Assembly: GCF_963921235.1 (NCBI RefSeq)
Contig: NC_086101.1
Span: 28,892,001 to 28,956,000 of the forward strand
Direction: 5' to 3'
DNA: 64,000 nucleotides
Source of the DNA: Mobula hypostoma
Lineage: Eukaryota
Under the pieces are notes generated by a model that saw only the letters and a list, made by a program, of their open reading frames with translations, made no database searches and was not told where the DNA came from. Position numbers and translations under genes: made by a program. Below, piece after piece: positions 24,301 to 39,300 of the stretch (positions are counted from its first letter, which is position 1; every line of letters starts with the position of its first letter).

Positions 24301-27300
24301 ACTTTCAATGATTGGTGTATAATGACAGCCAGGTCTCGTTGCACCTCCCCTTTTCCTAATCGGCCACCATTCAGATAATAATCTGTTTTCCTATTTTTGC
24401 CACCAAAGTGGATAACTTCACATTTATCCGCATTAAATTGCATCTGCCATGAATTTGCCCACTCACCCAACCTATCCAAGTCACTCTGCATCCTCTTAGC
24501 ATCCTCCTCACAGCTAACACTGCCACCCAGCTTCGTGTCATCCGCAAACTTGGAGATGCTGCATTTAATTCCCTCATCCAAGTCATTAATATATATTGTA
24601 AACAACTGGGGTCCCAGCACTGAGCCTTGCGGTACCCCACTAGTCACCGCCTGCCATTCTGAAAGGTCCCGTTTATTCCCACTCTTTGCTTCCTGTCTGC
24701 TAACCAATTCTCTATCCACATCAATACCTTACCCCCGATACCATGTGCTTTAAGTTTGCACACTAATCTCCTGTGTGGGACCTTGTCAAAAGCCTTTTGA
24801 AAATCTAAATATACCACATCCACTGGCTCTCCCCTATCCACTCTACTAGTTACATCCTCAAAAAATTCTATGAGATTCGTCAGACATGATTTTCCTTTCA
24901 CAAATCCATGCTGACTTTGTCCGATGATTTCACTGCTTTCCAAATGTGCTGTTATCACATCTTTGATAACTGACTCCAGCAGTTTCCCCACCACCGATGT
25001 TAGGCTAACCGGTCTATAAATCCCTGGTTTCTCTCTCCCTCCTTTTTTAAAAAGTGGGGTTACATTAGCTACCCTCCAATCCTCAGGAACTAGTCCAGAA
25101 TCTAACGAGTTTTGAAAAATTATCACTAATGCATCCACTATTTCTTGGGCTACTTCCTTAAGCACTCTGGGATGCAGACCATCTGGCCCTGGGGATTTAT
25201 CTGCCTTCAATCCCTTCAATTTACCTAACACCACTTCCCTACTAACATGTATTTCACTCAGTTCCTCCATCTCACTGGACCCTCTGTCCCCTACTATTTC
25301 CAGAAGATTATTTATGTCCTCCTTAGTGAAGACAGAACCAAAGTAATTATTCAATTGGTCTGCCTTGTCCTTGCTCCCCATAATCAATTCACCTGTTTCT
25401 GTCTGTAGGGGACCTACATTTGTCTTTACCAGTCTTTTCCTTTTTACATATCTATAAAAGCTTTTACAGTCAGTTTTTATGTTTCCTGCCAGTTTTCTCT
25501 CATAATCTTTTTTCCCCTTCCTAATTGAGCCCTTTGTCCTCCTCTGCTGAACTCTGAATTTCTCCCAGTCCTCAGGTGAGCCACTTTTTCTGGCTAATTT
25601 GTATGCTTCTTCTTTGGAATTGATACTATCCCTAATTTCTCTTGTCAGCCACGGGTGCACTACCTTCCTTGATTTATTCTTTTGCCAAACTGGGATGAAC
25701 AATTGTTGTAGTTCATCCATGCAACCTTTAAATGCTTGCCATTGCATATCCACCGTCAATCCTTTAAGTGTCATTTGCCAGTCTATCTTAGCTAATTCAC
25801 GTCTCATACCTTCAAAGTTACCCCCCTTTAAGTTCAGAACCTTTGTTTCTGAATTAACTATGTCACTCTCCATCTTAATGAAGAATTCCACCATATTATG
25901 GTCACTCTTACGCAAGGGGCCTCTCACGACAAGATTGCTAATTATCCCTTCCTCATTGCTCAAAACCAAGTCCAGAATACCCTGCTCTCTAGTTTGTTCC
26001 TTGACATGTTGGTTCAAAAAACCATCCTGCATACATTCCAAGAAATCCTCTTCCTCAGCACCTTTACCAACTTGGTTCACCCAATCTACACATAGATTGA
26101 AGTCACCCATTATAACTGCTGTTCCTTTATTGCACACATTTCTAATTTCCTGTTTAATACCATCTCTGACCTCACTACTACTGTTAGGTGGCCTGTACAC
26201 AACTCCCACCAGCGTTTTCTGCCCCTTAGTGTTACACAGCTCTACCCATATCGATTCCACATCTTCCCGGCTTATGTCCTTCCTTTCTATTGCATTAATC
26301 TCCTCTCTAACCAGCAACGCCACCCCACCTCCTTTTCTTTCATGACTGGTGTTAGACTGATAAGTTACTTATGTGGCGCCTTTTCTTTCAGTTGTTGCTA
26401 CTAACCCATCACCAAAACTTGCTATGAAGCATAGTTCTTTACTCGCACTTGATATATTGTTTGATATTTGTGTCGTGGCTGATCATTGGGTGCCTCACAC
26501 CGTATCCGCACCAAAGCATTTGCACTGTATGGCGGGGTCGATGGTTATTCACCCTAGGCAACGGGAGTCAGTTGGGGCAAAGGCCGTTATACACAGATGG
26601 CTCCCAGCTGCCAGGGTCTGAGATGTTTCTGGACGCGTCCACAATATCCTGAAAAGGGAGGGTGAACAGAGAGAAGCCGTGGTACATATTGGTGTCAATG
26701 ATTTAGGAAGGAAAAGGGACGAAGTCCTGAGAAAAGAATACAGGAGTTAGGAAGGAAGCTGAGGAGCAGGACCTCAGGAGTAGTAAAATCTCAGGATTGC
26801 GCCTGTTCCACGTGACAGTGAGGATGGGAATAGAATGAGGAGGGCTCCGGTGACGTCATCGTTCAGAATGGCAGCTCAGATCAACAGCTCCTCCGGAAAA
26901 ACGGATATTTTGCCCCGTTAATGCATCAAATCTAAGATCTTTCGAACATATCTGAATTGATAAGCGGGCGGAGGGGGGCAAGAATGGGGAGAAAGAATGG
27001 ACATTAAAGAAAGCCCCACTGTGGAGCCTATGGAAGAGAGAGGTACAGGCGAAGCGGCAAATATGATGAAGATTCTGGAAGAGATAAGTGGAGTCCAAAA
27101 TGATATAAAGCAGCAACTCAATGATATGAAGTCAGAGCTCGCCAACGTCAATCTGAAAATAGCGATGACAGAGACTCGAATTGAGAAGGTGGAAGATCGC
27201 GTGCAAAACGTGGAACAGATACGAAGTAAGACGATAAAAATATTAACTCAACAGGAAAGTAAATTGCTTGACCAGCAGGGAAGATCGCGACGGAAAAATA

Positions 27301-30300
27301 TCAGGATTTATAATGTTCCCGAAGGAGCAGAGGGATTGTTGATGATGGACTGTGTAGATAAACTGCTGCGGGAAGCGCTGGAGATTCCCCCGCATATGGA
27401 GATGAAATAGAAAGGGCGCATCGTTCTCTCGTCCAGCGGCCTGCCGGAGACAAAGCAAACCGCGATCCATTGTACTTAAATTTCTCCGAATCAAGAGCAA
27501 GGCGGAGATTCTACGAAGGGCCTGGGGTAAGAAGAGGGTTTTCTGGAACGGGAAGTTAATATACTTCGATCATGATTACCCCCCGGTGGTCCTATAGAAA
27601 CGGAAGGAGTATTCCGAAGGGAAGCGAATATTAAAGGACAAAAAGATTAAGTTTCAAACCCCGTACCCTACTAAACTGAGAGTATTTTACCAAGAAGGGA
27701 TACGACTGTAGCAGACGGTGGAAGAGGCGTCTACAGACGTGAACAACCGAGGACTGTCTATTAGCGTGGTCAAACCAAGGGAAAGTCTGACTGAGCAGTT
27801 GTCCCGAACTGCTTGGGAAATAGTAAGAGAACCGAGAAAGCAGGGGACAGGAACAGGACGAGAGAAGGATATTATATAGAGACTGTGAGTTCTCGGAAGA
27901 CAACCCTCACCTCCTTCAGAATAGCCATAAGATTTGGCTAACATTAAAAGTGCTGATAAACTAAACAGAAGCAAAAATAGACGGTGATATACCTATCTCG
28001 AGAAATACGTGTTATGATGTGGTTTTTATATTACTCAATTTAAAAAAAAATCAGTTATTCATTCCTTTTTCCCCACCTAAATGAGAATATATACACGGGA
28101 GGAATACACAGGGAAATCATTTCTGCGTAATAGACGTAGTTTTTTTTAACTTACTTTTATAGGTACTGCAGCGGGGGCCCTCAACCCACAGGTAGGAGGG
28201 ACTATACCCCACGGCTAGACTTTTCTTCTAGCCCAACCCAGGGTCATCTAGAGACCCCAGCCTTGGAATCACACCTTCGTTACCTTTTTTTTATTATTCG
28301 CGTTTCTTGGCTCTTATTTGTTCAGGGAGTAGATCGATTAAGTTATATTCTGCAAATTTCAATTATATACTAACAGATAAATACACATGGCTAAGGGCAA
28401 AGTAAAATTCATTTCTTTTAATGTCAATGGGCCGTTGAATCCAGTCAAGTGCAGTAAAATTCTATCAAAAATGAAAAAAGAACAAGCCCATGTAGTATAT
28501 TTACAGGAAATTCACTTAAGTGATAATGAGCATGGAAAATTAAAGAGAATGGGCTTCACTAATTTGTTTTTTTCCTCATATAAATCAGGACATAGAATAG
28601 GAGTTGCTATTCTCATCTCAAGTAAGCTAAATTTTGAAGAAGTATTCAAAATGGGAGAAAAGGAGGGCAGATATATTCTGGGAAGGGGAATATAGGAGGA
28701 AATCCAGTTACTTTATTGAATATATACGCACCCCCAGGAAGTGATACTAGTTTCTTCCAGAAAATTACTAATATTATGGTAACGGAAACAGAAGGTTTCT
28801 TGATATGTGGGGGAGACTTAAATTTACAATTACAACCAAAGCTAGACTCTTCCAATAGGAAAACTTATGAAACAAAGTCCTTACATAAGAAAGTGAACAC
28901 TCTTTTTGAGGATGTTGAACTAATTGATATATGGAAGGACCTTTTCGCCGACAGAAGGGATTACACTCATTATTCTGCCCCCCATTCCATATATACAAGA
29001 ATAGACTATTTCATAACATTTGGAAAAGACAGAGACAAAATAATCACCTGTGGAATTGCGACAATAGATGTAAGTGACCATGCACCTATATATTTATCTG
29101 TTGATTTTGACCTACAACCAAAGAATACTATTTGGAAACTAAATTCAAGTCTACTCAGTGATCCCTATTTTAAGGAACAAATTAAAAAAGAAATTGGTCT
29201 TTACTTAGAATTCAATGATAATGGAGAGGTTTCACCTCCCATTCTATGGGATACTCTGAAGGCTGTCTTAAGAGGGAAAATTATAGCGATATCTTCATAT
29301 AAGAAAAAAAAAGGAATAGAACATTAGAGGAATTACAAAATAAGCTGAAGGAACTAGAAAAAAACACAAACTGAGTTTGGCACAGGATATACTAGAGGCA
29401 ATTAAAAATTAGGAATGAAATTAATAGTTTGGCTACACAAGAAATTAGAAAAAAATTTAATGTTTCTGAAACAGAAACACTACGAAAGTGGATCTAAATC
29501 TATGAAAATACTGGCGTGGAAACTGAAAAAATTAGGGATCCAAGAACAAAAGTGATAAAAAGAATAAGCTAAGTGAAATTCATGAAGCTTTTGAAATGTT
29601 TTACAAAACTCTATATTCCAAAGTTACAGGGGGAAACTTAACCCAAATTGACACCTTCCTGAATTCTTTAGAGTTACCCACTTTAAGCAAAGAACAAAAT
29701 AGAACGATGACTGCTGACATAACTGAAGCTGAACTAAAAACTGCATTTAGTAGGCTTAAATTAAGCAAGTCACCAGGATCAGATGGATATACGGCAGAGT
29801 GGTATGAAGAGTTTAGAAGTGAGTTAATCCCTGTTTTACTCCCCACACGGAACTGGGCCCTGAGAAAAGCACAAATGCCACCCAGCTGAAAGTAGGGGAT
29901 AGACTCAGCTATATGGAAAGAAGGCAAGGATAAAATGGAATGTGGGTCATTTAGACCAATACCTGTTCTTAATGTGGATTATAGAATATTTACCTCCATC
30001 ACGGCCAAACGATTAGAAGAGTTTCTACCCACACTGATACAAAATGATCAGACAGGTTTCATACAACAACGCCAAACACAAGACAATATACGAAGGACAC
30101 TTCACATTATGGATCATGCAAAAAAAATGAAATTGAAGCAATACTGATAAGCGTGGACGCTGAAAAGTCAATTGATTTAGTTAATTGGAATTTTCTCTAT
30201 AGAGTTTCACATAGATTTGGTCTACATGACACAATTATTAAAACTATACAAGCACTATACGACAATCCTACTGCCAGGATTAAAATCGATGGATATTTAT

Positions 30301-33300
30301 CTAATAGTCTTACCCTAGAAAAGGGCACGAGACAGGGTTGTGAATAGTCACCGCTACTCTTTGCATTATATCTGGAATCATTCGCTCAATACATCAGACA
30401 AAATGAAGATAACAGGGGAATTACTATTAAAGGGACAGAGCATAAATTGGCCTGTTACATGCGTAACCCCCCCCCCCAGACAACCTCAGGGTCGCTCAGC
30501 TCGCTGTCGTCTAGGGAAACAGCCCTCGGCCCCGCCAAACTGGGTAATTAGTTTGTGTGGATGTTGTGTGATGTACCCCACCCCACCCAAATAACAGACA
30601 AATATACCAGATACAATTAAATGATTTACAGTTTATAGATATTACCGGAACTATATAATTAATAGAGAATAAAATGTAAAAGAAAAATAAAAGGCGCCAC
30701 ACTTATCAAAGTTCAATCTCTTCGTACACAAACAGTTGGAGCTCAGGACCCTTCTTCTTCACCCTGCAACCCCTCGGACCACCTTGACCGGCCGCCTGGG
30801 ACCAACAATGGTGGTCAACCAGATGCTCCACACGAGTCCGTCTGGGTCTCCTCTCCTCTCTGAACGCCCCACTCGGGGTCTGACCCCGTTAGCGGACATC
30901 ACAGCACCTGGTCCGTCCTCTGTCTCTCTCTCTCTCTCCCGCCTTCTCCCTCCAAAACCCTGCGCATACAAATCTTACAGATACCAAAAGCCTAACAACT
31001 ATCCCAATGGGTTCGTAACATCTTCTTATCACAATCTAACCCAAAACAAGCTGATAGTGCAAGAACTTGCTCAGCATTTAACATAACAAAGAAGCATTCC
31101 CAAGTATAACATAACAAAGAAGCCATTTTAATTAGCCTACACAGTAACATAAAAGATGAAACCTCCTTACACGTGGATGACATTTTGATCTATCTTGGGC
31201 AACCAACAGTCTCTTTACCTAAATTGATGCAATCCTTTGAACAATATGGCCAATTATCAGGATACAAGATCAACATAGATAAAACCGAACTACTTTCATA
31301 TAACTATACTCCACCAAGAGAAATTGAAAGTAGATATACTTGGGCATGGCAAACAGAGTCCGTCAATGGAAGTGTACCAGTTCACAGAAATGGAGGGAGT
31401 TCCAGTGGAAAAACTTGATAAGATATTTTATTACACCCTCACAGAAATCCCATTATGATAACAACCCCCCTGTTTGCTGCAGAAATTGTGGAAATCAAAA
31501 TGCAAACGATTATCACATTTTCTGGGAATGCCCCGTTATCAAAGACTACTGGAGTAGGATTAATAATGTCCTACAAGACATCTTTAAATGTGAAATACCC
31601 TTAGAGAGTAAGACCATATACTTTGGGTATATACCTCAAGAATGGTTGAAAAGAGATAAATATTTAATGAATGTACCAGGTGCTAATGAATTACCAGGTG
31701 GCTGGTAAAAAGACTTTTCCGGGGAAAAGATTATCACAGGACAGCCCAACTCTAAATGTATGGATGGAAATTACAATGGACATTTACAAAATAGAGAAGG
31801 TAACAGCATCTGTTAATCATAAGTTGGAGCAATTTTATTCATGCTGGAAAAATTGGTTTAACTACATAACACCTCATAGGCCTGATTTTATTCTCACAAG
31901 TCAATGAATATGTTGTAAAAAAAAAAGATCACTCCCTACTCTGTACATAGTTTTCTTCTTTCGATTATTCTTTCTTTCCTCTCTTTTCTGTAAGTGTATA
32001 CCTCAGATAAATATTATGTGGAGATTTGTGACAAATATGATTATATGATATATATGTACAGTATATGAAATACAACATAGAAATGTTTGATGATGAAATT
32101 CAATAAAAAATAAATTACAAAAGAAAGGAATAGAATGAGGAGACAGGTAAAGGTGTGGCTGAAGAATTGGAGCAGGGGAGAAGGATTCAGATTTCTGGAT
32201 AACTGGGCCCTCGTCTGGGGCAGGTGAGACCTGTACAAAAAGGTCATGTTGCACTTGAATCAAAGGGGGACCAATATTCTTGCGGGCAAATTTACTGGAG
32301 CTGTTGGGAGTGGTTTAAATGAATACTTTATACTTTATTGTCGCCAAACAATTGGTACTAGAACGTACAATCATCACAGCGATATTTGATTCTACGCTTC
32401 ATGCTCCCTGGATTACAAATATAAAATATTATAAATCTTAAAATAGTTAAATTTAGTAAATATTAAAATTTAAATTATATATCATAAATAGAAAAATGGG
32501 AAATAAGGTAGTGCAAAAAAACTGAGAGGCAGGTCCAGATTTTTGGAGGGTACGGCCCAGATCAGTCAGGATCCGTTCAGCAATCTTATCACAGTTGGAA
32601 AGAAGCTGTTCCCAAATCTGGCCATACAAGTCTTCAAGCTCCCGAACCTTCTCCCAGAGGGAAGAGGGACGAAAAGTGTGTTGGCTGGGTGGGTCGTGTC
32701 CTTGATTATCCTGGTAGCACTGCTTCGACAGCATGCAGTGCAAAGTGAGCCCACAGACGGAAGATTGGTCTGTGTGATGTGCTGCGCTGTGTTCACAGTC
32801 CTCTGCAGCTTCTTTCGGTCTTGGACAGGACAACTTCCATACCAGGTTGTGATGCACCCTGCTTTCTAAGGTGCATCTATAAAAATTAGTGAGGGTTTTA
32901 GGGGACAGGCCAAATTTCTTTAGTTTTCTCAGGAAGTAAAGGCACTGGTGGGCCTTCTTGGCAGTGAACTCTGCTTGGTTGGACCAAGTCAAGTCATTTG
33001 TGATATTGACCCCGAGGAACTTAAAGCTTTGGACCTGTTCCACTTGCGCACCACCGATGTAAATTGGGTCGTGCGGTCTGCTACTCCTTCTGAAGTCAAC
33101 AACCAATTCCTTCGACTTGCTGACGTTGAGGGATAGGTTATTGTCTTCGCACCATGTCACCAGGTTCTTAATTTCCTCTCTGTACCCAAACTCATCATTA
33201 CCCGAGATATGGCCTACAATTGTTGTGTCATCAGCAAACTTATATATTGAGTTTGATGGAAACTTGGCTACACAATCATGGGTGTACAGTGAGTACAGCA

Positions 33301-36300
33301 GGGGGCTGAGTACACAGCCTTGTGGGGCACCGGTGCTCAGAGTGATTGTAGAGGAGAGCTTGTCCCCTATTTTTACAGCCTGGGTCCTGTTTGTGAGGAA
33401 GTTGAAAATCCAGCTGCAGATCTGAGTGCTAAGGCCCAGGTTCCGGAGATTAGGAATCAGTTTATTTGGAATGATGGTATTAAAGGCAGAGCTGTAGTCA
33501 ATGAAAAGGTGCCTTACGTATGCATCTTTATTCTCCAGGTGTTCTAAGGAGGAATGTAGGGCCAGAGAGATGGCATCTGCCGTTGACCTGTTGCTTCGGT
33601 AGGCGAATTGCAAAGCGTCGAGGTTGACCGGTAGGCTGTGGTTGATGTGTGCCATAACCAATCTCTCGAAGCATTTCATAGCAATTGATGTCAGAGCCAC
33701 AGGTCAATAGTCATTCAGGCATGCCACCTTGCTCTTCTTCAGCACTGGGATTATCGTTGCCTTCTTAAAACACGAGGGGATCTTAGACTGAAGCAAGGAG
33801 CAGTTGAAGATGTCAGCAAACACTCCAGCTAGCTCGCTTGCACAGGCCCGGAGAACCCGTCCTGGGACACCATCTGGGCCCGTCGCCTTCCTTGGATTTA
33901 TCTTCAGGAAGGCACTTCTAACGTCCTCCTCGGTGACAATGAATCTCAATACCACCAGGTCCGGTTCATCCGGAGGGAGTGGGACGCTCCTCTTCTGTTC
34001 GAATCTTGTGTAGAATACGTTAAGTTCGTCAGGAAGAGAAGTACCACTGTTATTGATGTTCCCAGCCTTTTCTTTGCGCTCAGTGATCTCATTTAGACCC
34101 TGCCATAGTCTACCGGCACCCCTCTGGTTAGCCTTGGCTTCCAACTTGGCTCGATATTGCCTCTTGGCGCCCTTAATTGCTTTCCGGAGTTCACGCCTGG
34201 ATTCCGTGTAGTGACTGGTATCCCCGGACCTAAAAGCCGCAGCTCTAGCCTTTAAAAGGGATTTGACCTCATAATTCATCCGCAGGGAGAATGGGAACCA
34301 GGATGACAGAGCTGAGGATGAGCCTGCAGGTTTACAAGAAGATGATGGGTGTAACATGGATGTAAGGAAGGACAAGCCAATGATTGAGCACAATTGCAGA
34401 CAGAGCAATGAGTTAAATTGTACCACAGAGGCAAAATTCAAAACGGCGGAGAATGGAGAACTGAAGGTGCTGTATTTGGAATAAGGTGGATGAACTCATG
34501 GTGCAGTTAAAGATTGGTCTGTATGGCATTGTGGGGATCACAAAGCTGTGGCTGAAGAAAGTCCAAAGCCGGGAGCTTCACATCAAGGTTGTTGTAGATT
34601 GAATTGAATTGAATTGACTATTAGTTACATCCTTCATAATCTTTAAGTTACATCTCCATGTAAGTGTGCAATGTGTAATTTATAGTAATTTATAATAAAT
34701 ATTATGTACAACAGGATAGACAATATTATCATAGAAATTCAGTTGTGTCAGCATGAATTAAGCAGTCTGATGGCCGAGTGCAAGAAGCTGTCCCTCTTGG
34801 TCCTGGCTTTTATGTTATGGTACTGTTTCCCAAATGGTAGCAGCTGGAACATTTTGTGGTTGGGGTGACTCAGGTCCCTAATGATCCTTCGGGCCATTTT
34901 TACACACCTGTCTTTGTAAATGTCCTGAATAGTGGGAAGTTCACATCTACCGATATGCTTTAATAACCCAGATCTTATTAGGGAGCTGAACATAAAGGAT
35001 TCCTTAGGAGTCAGTGATCAAAATATGATTGAATTCATTCTGCAATTTGAGAGGGAGAAGCATAACTCACATGTATCAGTATCACAATGGAATAAAGGGA
35101 ATGACAGAGGCATGAGAGAGGAGCTTGCCCAGGTGGATTGAAGTGGGGATGACAGCAGAGCTGAAGTTTCTGGAATAGTTCACAAGGCGCAGGATAGATA
35201 TGCACCAAAGAGTAAGATGTTCTCAAATGGCAGAAGTAGGCAACTGTGGCTGACAAAGAAAGTTAAGGATTGCATAAATGTCAAGGAAACAGCATATAAG
35301 GTAACAAAAGTGAGTGGGAAGTTGGATGATTGGGAAGCTTTTAAAATCCAACAAAAAGTAACTGAAAAGACTATAAGAAGGGAAAAGATGAAATATGAGG
35401 GCTGACTAGCTAATAATATGAAGCAGGACACCAAAAGTTTTTTCAGTTATATAAAGAGTAAAAGGGAAGTGAGAGTTGATATTAGACTACTAGAATATGA
35501 TGCTGGTGAGGTAGTAATGCGGGACAAAGAATTGGCAAAGGACCCTAATGGGTACTTTGCATCTGTCTTCACTGTGGAAGACACTAGCAGTGTGCCAGAG
35601 GTCCGTGAGTGTCAGAGAGCAGGAGTGGGTGCTTTGCTGTTACAAAGGAAAAAGTGCTAACCAACTTCAAAGGTCTTAAAGTGGATAAGTCACCTGAGCC
35701 AGATGGACTATGTCTCAGAGTCTTGAGAGAGGTTGCTGAAGAGATAACAGATGCATTGGACATGCTCTTTGAAGAAAAGCCAGGAAATAATAATAAGACA
35801 CTAATCAAGCCACACTTAAAGCATTGTGAACAGTTTTGAGCCCCATATCTCAGAAAGGACGTGTTATCATCGGAGATAGTACAGAGGAGGTTCAGGAGGA
35901 TGATTCTGGGAATGAAGGGGTTAATGTATGAGGAGTGTTTGGCAACTTAGAACCTGTAACTATATAACCATATAACAATTATAGCACGGAAACAGGCTAT
36001 CTCGGCCCTTCTAGTCCGTGCCGAACTCCGACACTCACCTAGTCCCACCGACCTGCACTCGGTCCATAACCCTCCATTTCCTTCCTGTCCATATATCTAT
36101 CCAATTTAACTTTAAACATCAACATCGTACCTGCCTCAACCACTTCTGCTGGAAGCTCATTCCACACAGCTACCACTCTCTGAGTAAAGAAGTTCCCCCT
36201 CATGTTACCCCTAAACTTTTGCCCTTTAACTCTCAACTCATGTCCTCTTGTTTGAATCTCCCCCACTCTCAATGGAAAAACCCTATCCACATCAACTCTA

Positions 36301-39300
36301 TCAATCCCCCTCATAATTTTAAACACCTCTATCAAGTCCCCTCTCAGCCTTCTATGCTCCAAAGAATAAAGACCTAACTTGTTCAACCTTTCTCTGTAAC
36401 TTAGGAGATGAAACCCAGGCAACATTTCAGTAAACCTCCTCTGTACTCTCTCAGTTTTATGGACAACTTTCCTATAATTCGGTGACAGAACTGCACACAA
36501 TACTCCAAATTTGGCCTTACTAATGCCTTATACAATTTTAACATTACATCCCAACTCCTATACTGAATGCTCTGATTAATAAAGGCCAGCATACAAAAAG
36601 CTTTCTTCACCACCCTATCCACATGAGATCCCACCTTCAGGGAACTATGCACCATTATTCCTAGATCCCTCTGTTCTACAGCATTCTTCAATGCCCTACC
36701 ATTTACCATATATGTCCTATTTTGATTAGTCCTACCAAAATGTAGCACCTCACATTTTTCAGTATTAAACTCCATCTGCCATCTTTCAGTCCACTCTTCT
36801 AACTGGCCTAAATCTCTCTGCAAGCTTTGAAAACCTACTTCATTATCCACAACGCCACCTATCTTAGTATCATCTGCATACTTACTAATTCAATTTACCA
36901 CCCCATCATCCAGATCATTAGTATAAGTATATATGACAAACAACACTGGACGCAGTACAGATCCCTGATGCACACCACTACACACTGTCCTCCAATCTGA
37001 CACACAGTTATCCACCACTACTCTCTGGCGTCTCCCATCTAGCCACTGCTGAATCCATTTTACTACTTCGATATTAATTCCTAACGATTGAACCTTCCTA
37101 ACTAACCTTCCGTGTGGATCCTTATCAAATGCCTTACTGAAGTCCATATAGACAACATCCACCGCCTTACCCTCGTCAACTTTCCTAGTAACGTCATCAG
37201 AAAATTCAATAAGATTTGTCAAACATGACTTTCCACACGCAAATCCATTTTGACTGTTCTTAATCAGACCCTGTCTGTCCAGATAATTATATATACCATC
37301 TCTAAGAATGCTTTCCATCAATTTACCCACCACTGATGTCAAACTCACAGGCCGATAATTGCTAGGTTTACTCTTAGAACCCTTTTTAAACAATGGAGCC
37401 ACATGAGCAATACGCCAATCCTCCGGCACCATCCCTGTTTCTAATGACATTTGAAATATTTCTGTCAGAGCCCCTGCTATTTCCACACTAACTTCCCTCA
37501 AGGTCCTACGGAATATCCTGTCAGGACCCAGAGACTTATCCACTTTTATATTCCTTAAAAGCACCAGTACTTCCCCTTCTTTAATCATCATACTTTCCAT
37601 AACTACCTTTCTTGTTTCGTTTACCTTACACAATTCAATATCCTTCTCCTTAGTGAATACCGAAGAAAAGAAATTGTTCAAAATCTCCCCCATCTCTTTT
37701 GACTCCGTACATAGCTATCCACTCTGATTCTCTAAGGGAATTTTATCCCTCACTATCCTTTTGCTATTTATATAACTGTAGAAACCCTTAGGATTTATTC
37801 TCACCTTACTTGCTAAAGCTGCCTCATATCTTCTTTTAGCTTTTCTAATTTCTTTCTTAAGATTCTTTTTACAATCTTTATATTCCTCGAGCACCTCATT
37901 AACTCCAAGCTGCCTATATTTATTGTAAATCCCTCTCTTTTTCCATACCAAGTTTCCTATATCCCTTGAAAACCATGGCTCTCTCAAACTTTTAACCTTT
38001 CCTTTCATCCTAACAGGAGCATAAAGATCCTGTACCCTCAAAGTTTCACCTTTAAATGACCTCCATTCCTCTATTACATACTTCCCATAAAACAAATTGT
38101 CCCAATCCACTCCTTCTAAATCCCTTCACATCTCCTCAAAGTAGCCTTTCTCCAATCAAAAATCTCAACTCTGGGTCAGGAACTATCCTTCTCCATAATT
38201 ATATTGAAACTAATGGTATTGTGATCACTGGACCCGAAGTGCTCCCCAACACATACCTCCGTCACCTGCCCTATCTCATTCCCTAACAGGACATCCAACA
38301 CTGCCCCTTCTCTAGTTGGTACCTCTATGTATTGCTGCAAAAAACTATCTTGCACACATTTGACAAACTCCAAACCATCCAGCCCTTTTACAGAATGGGC
38401 TTCCCAGTCTACGTGTGGAAAATTAAAATCTCCCACAATCACAACCTTGTGCTTACTACAAATATCTGCTATCTCCTTACAAATTTGCTCCTCCAGTTCT
38501 CGGACCCCATTAGGTGGTCTCTAATACACCCCTATAAGCATCACTACACCTTTCCCATTCCTCAATTCCACCCAAATAGCCTCCCTGGATGAGTCCACTA
38601 ATCTATCCTGCCAGAGGACCGCTGTTATATTTTCTCTGACAAGCAATGCAACACCTCCCCCTCTTGCCCCTCCTATTCTATCACACCTGAAGCAACGAAA
38701 TCCTGGAATATTTAGTTGCCAATCACACCCCTCCTGCAACCACGTTTCACTAATAGCTACAACATCGTATTTCCAGGTATCAATCCATGCTCTACGCTCA
38801 CCCACCTTTCTTACAATACTCCAAGCATTAAAATAGATGCATTTAAGAAACTCTCCACCTCCTACTCTCTTTTTACGCTTAATGGAGCAAACAAATTTGT
38901 TTTCTTTTTCTTCCCTGTCCCCTACATCTTTGGTCTGAGTGCTCCTGATCTCTGTCCCCTGCCTATCCTCCCTCACACACTGTCTACTAGGTTTCTCTAT
39001 TTGTGAACTAACCTCCTCTCTCCTAGTCTCTTTAATTTGATTCCTACCCCCCGCCCATTCTAGTTTAAAGTCAACTCATAGCCCTCGCAAATCTCCCCGC
39101 CAGGATATTGGTCCCCCTAGGATTCAGGTGTAACCCGTCCTTTTTGTACAGGTCGCACCTGCGCCAAAAGAGGTCCCAATGATCCAAAAACTTGAATCCC
39201 TGCCCCTTGCTCCAATCCCTCAGCCACACATTTATCCTCCACCTCTTTGCATTCCTACTCTCACTGTCGTATAGCAGAGGCAGTAATCCCGAGATTACTC

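Larger units (their letters stand above)
10648..26591 (+). mobile_element. Ty3/Gypsy LTR retrotransposon (PNMA-like gag, PR, RT, RNase H, integrase), decayed and interrupted by three CR1 insertion blocks; 4-bp TSD CACA
   Basis: 5' LTR 10648-11254; 3' LTR 23204-26591, split by a CR1. CACA at 10644-10647 and 26592-26595. Both flanks continue one CR1 ORF1 esterase sequence. Confidence 0.93.
10460..35960 (+). mobile_element. Old CR1 scaffold surviving as pieces (about 10460-10647, 26592-26842, 32143-32324, 34289-34560, 34957-35960) separated by later insertions
   Basis: The pieces read in order as ORF1 esterase (GDS..VVHIG-x-ND), linker, endonuclease, then RT, with TSDs at the Gypsy and L1 junctions. 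Confidence 0.7.

Noticed and set aside
830-25600. Recurrent antisense ORFs ([11 protein letters not shown]..., MPSKLPFFKF...) seen in several places
   Set aside because: These are shadow frames on the opposite strand of CR1 ORF2 copies, repeated because the element is repeated.
24644-26323. 559-aa CR1 ORF as an active or domesticated gene
   Set aside because: The element is 5'-truncated, frameshifted before the catalytic ADD motif, and inserted in an LTR.
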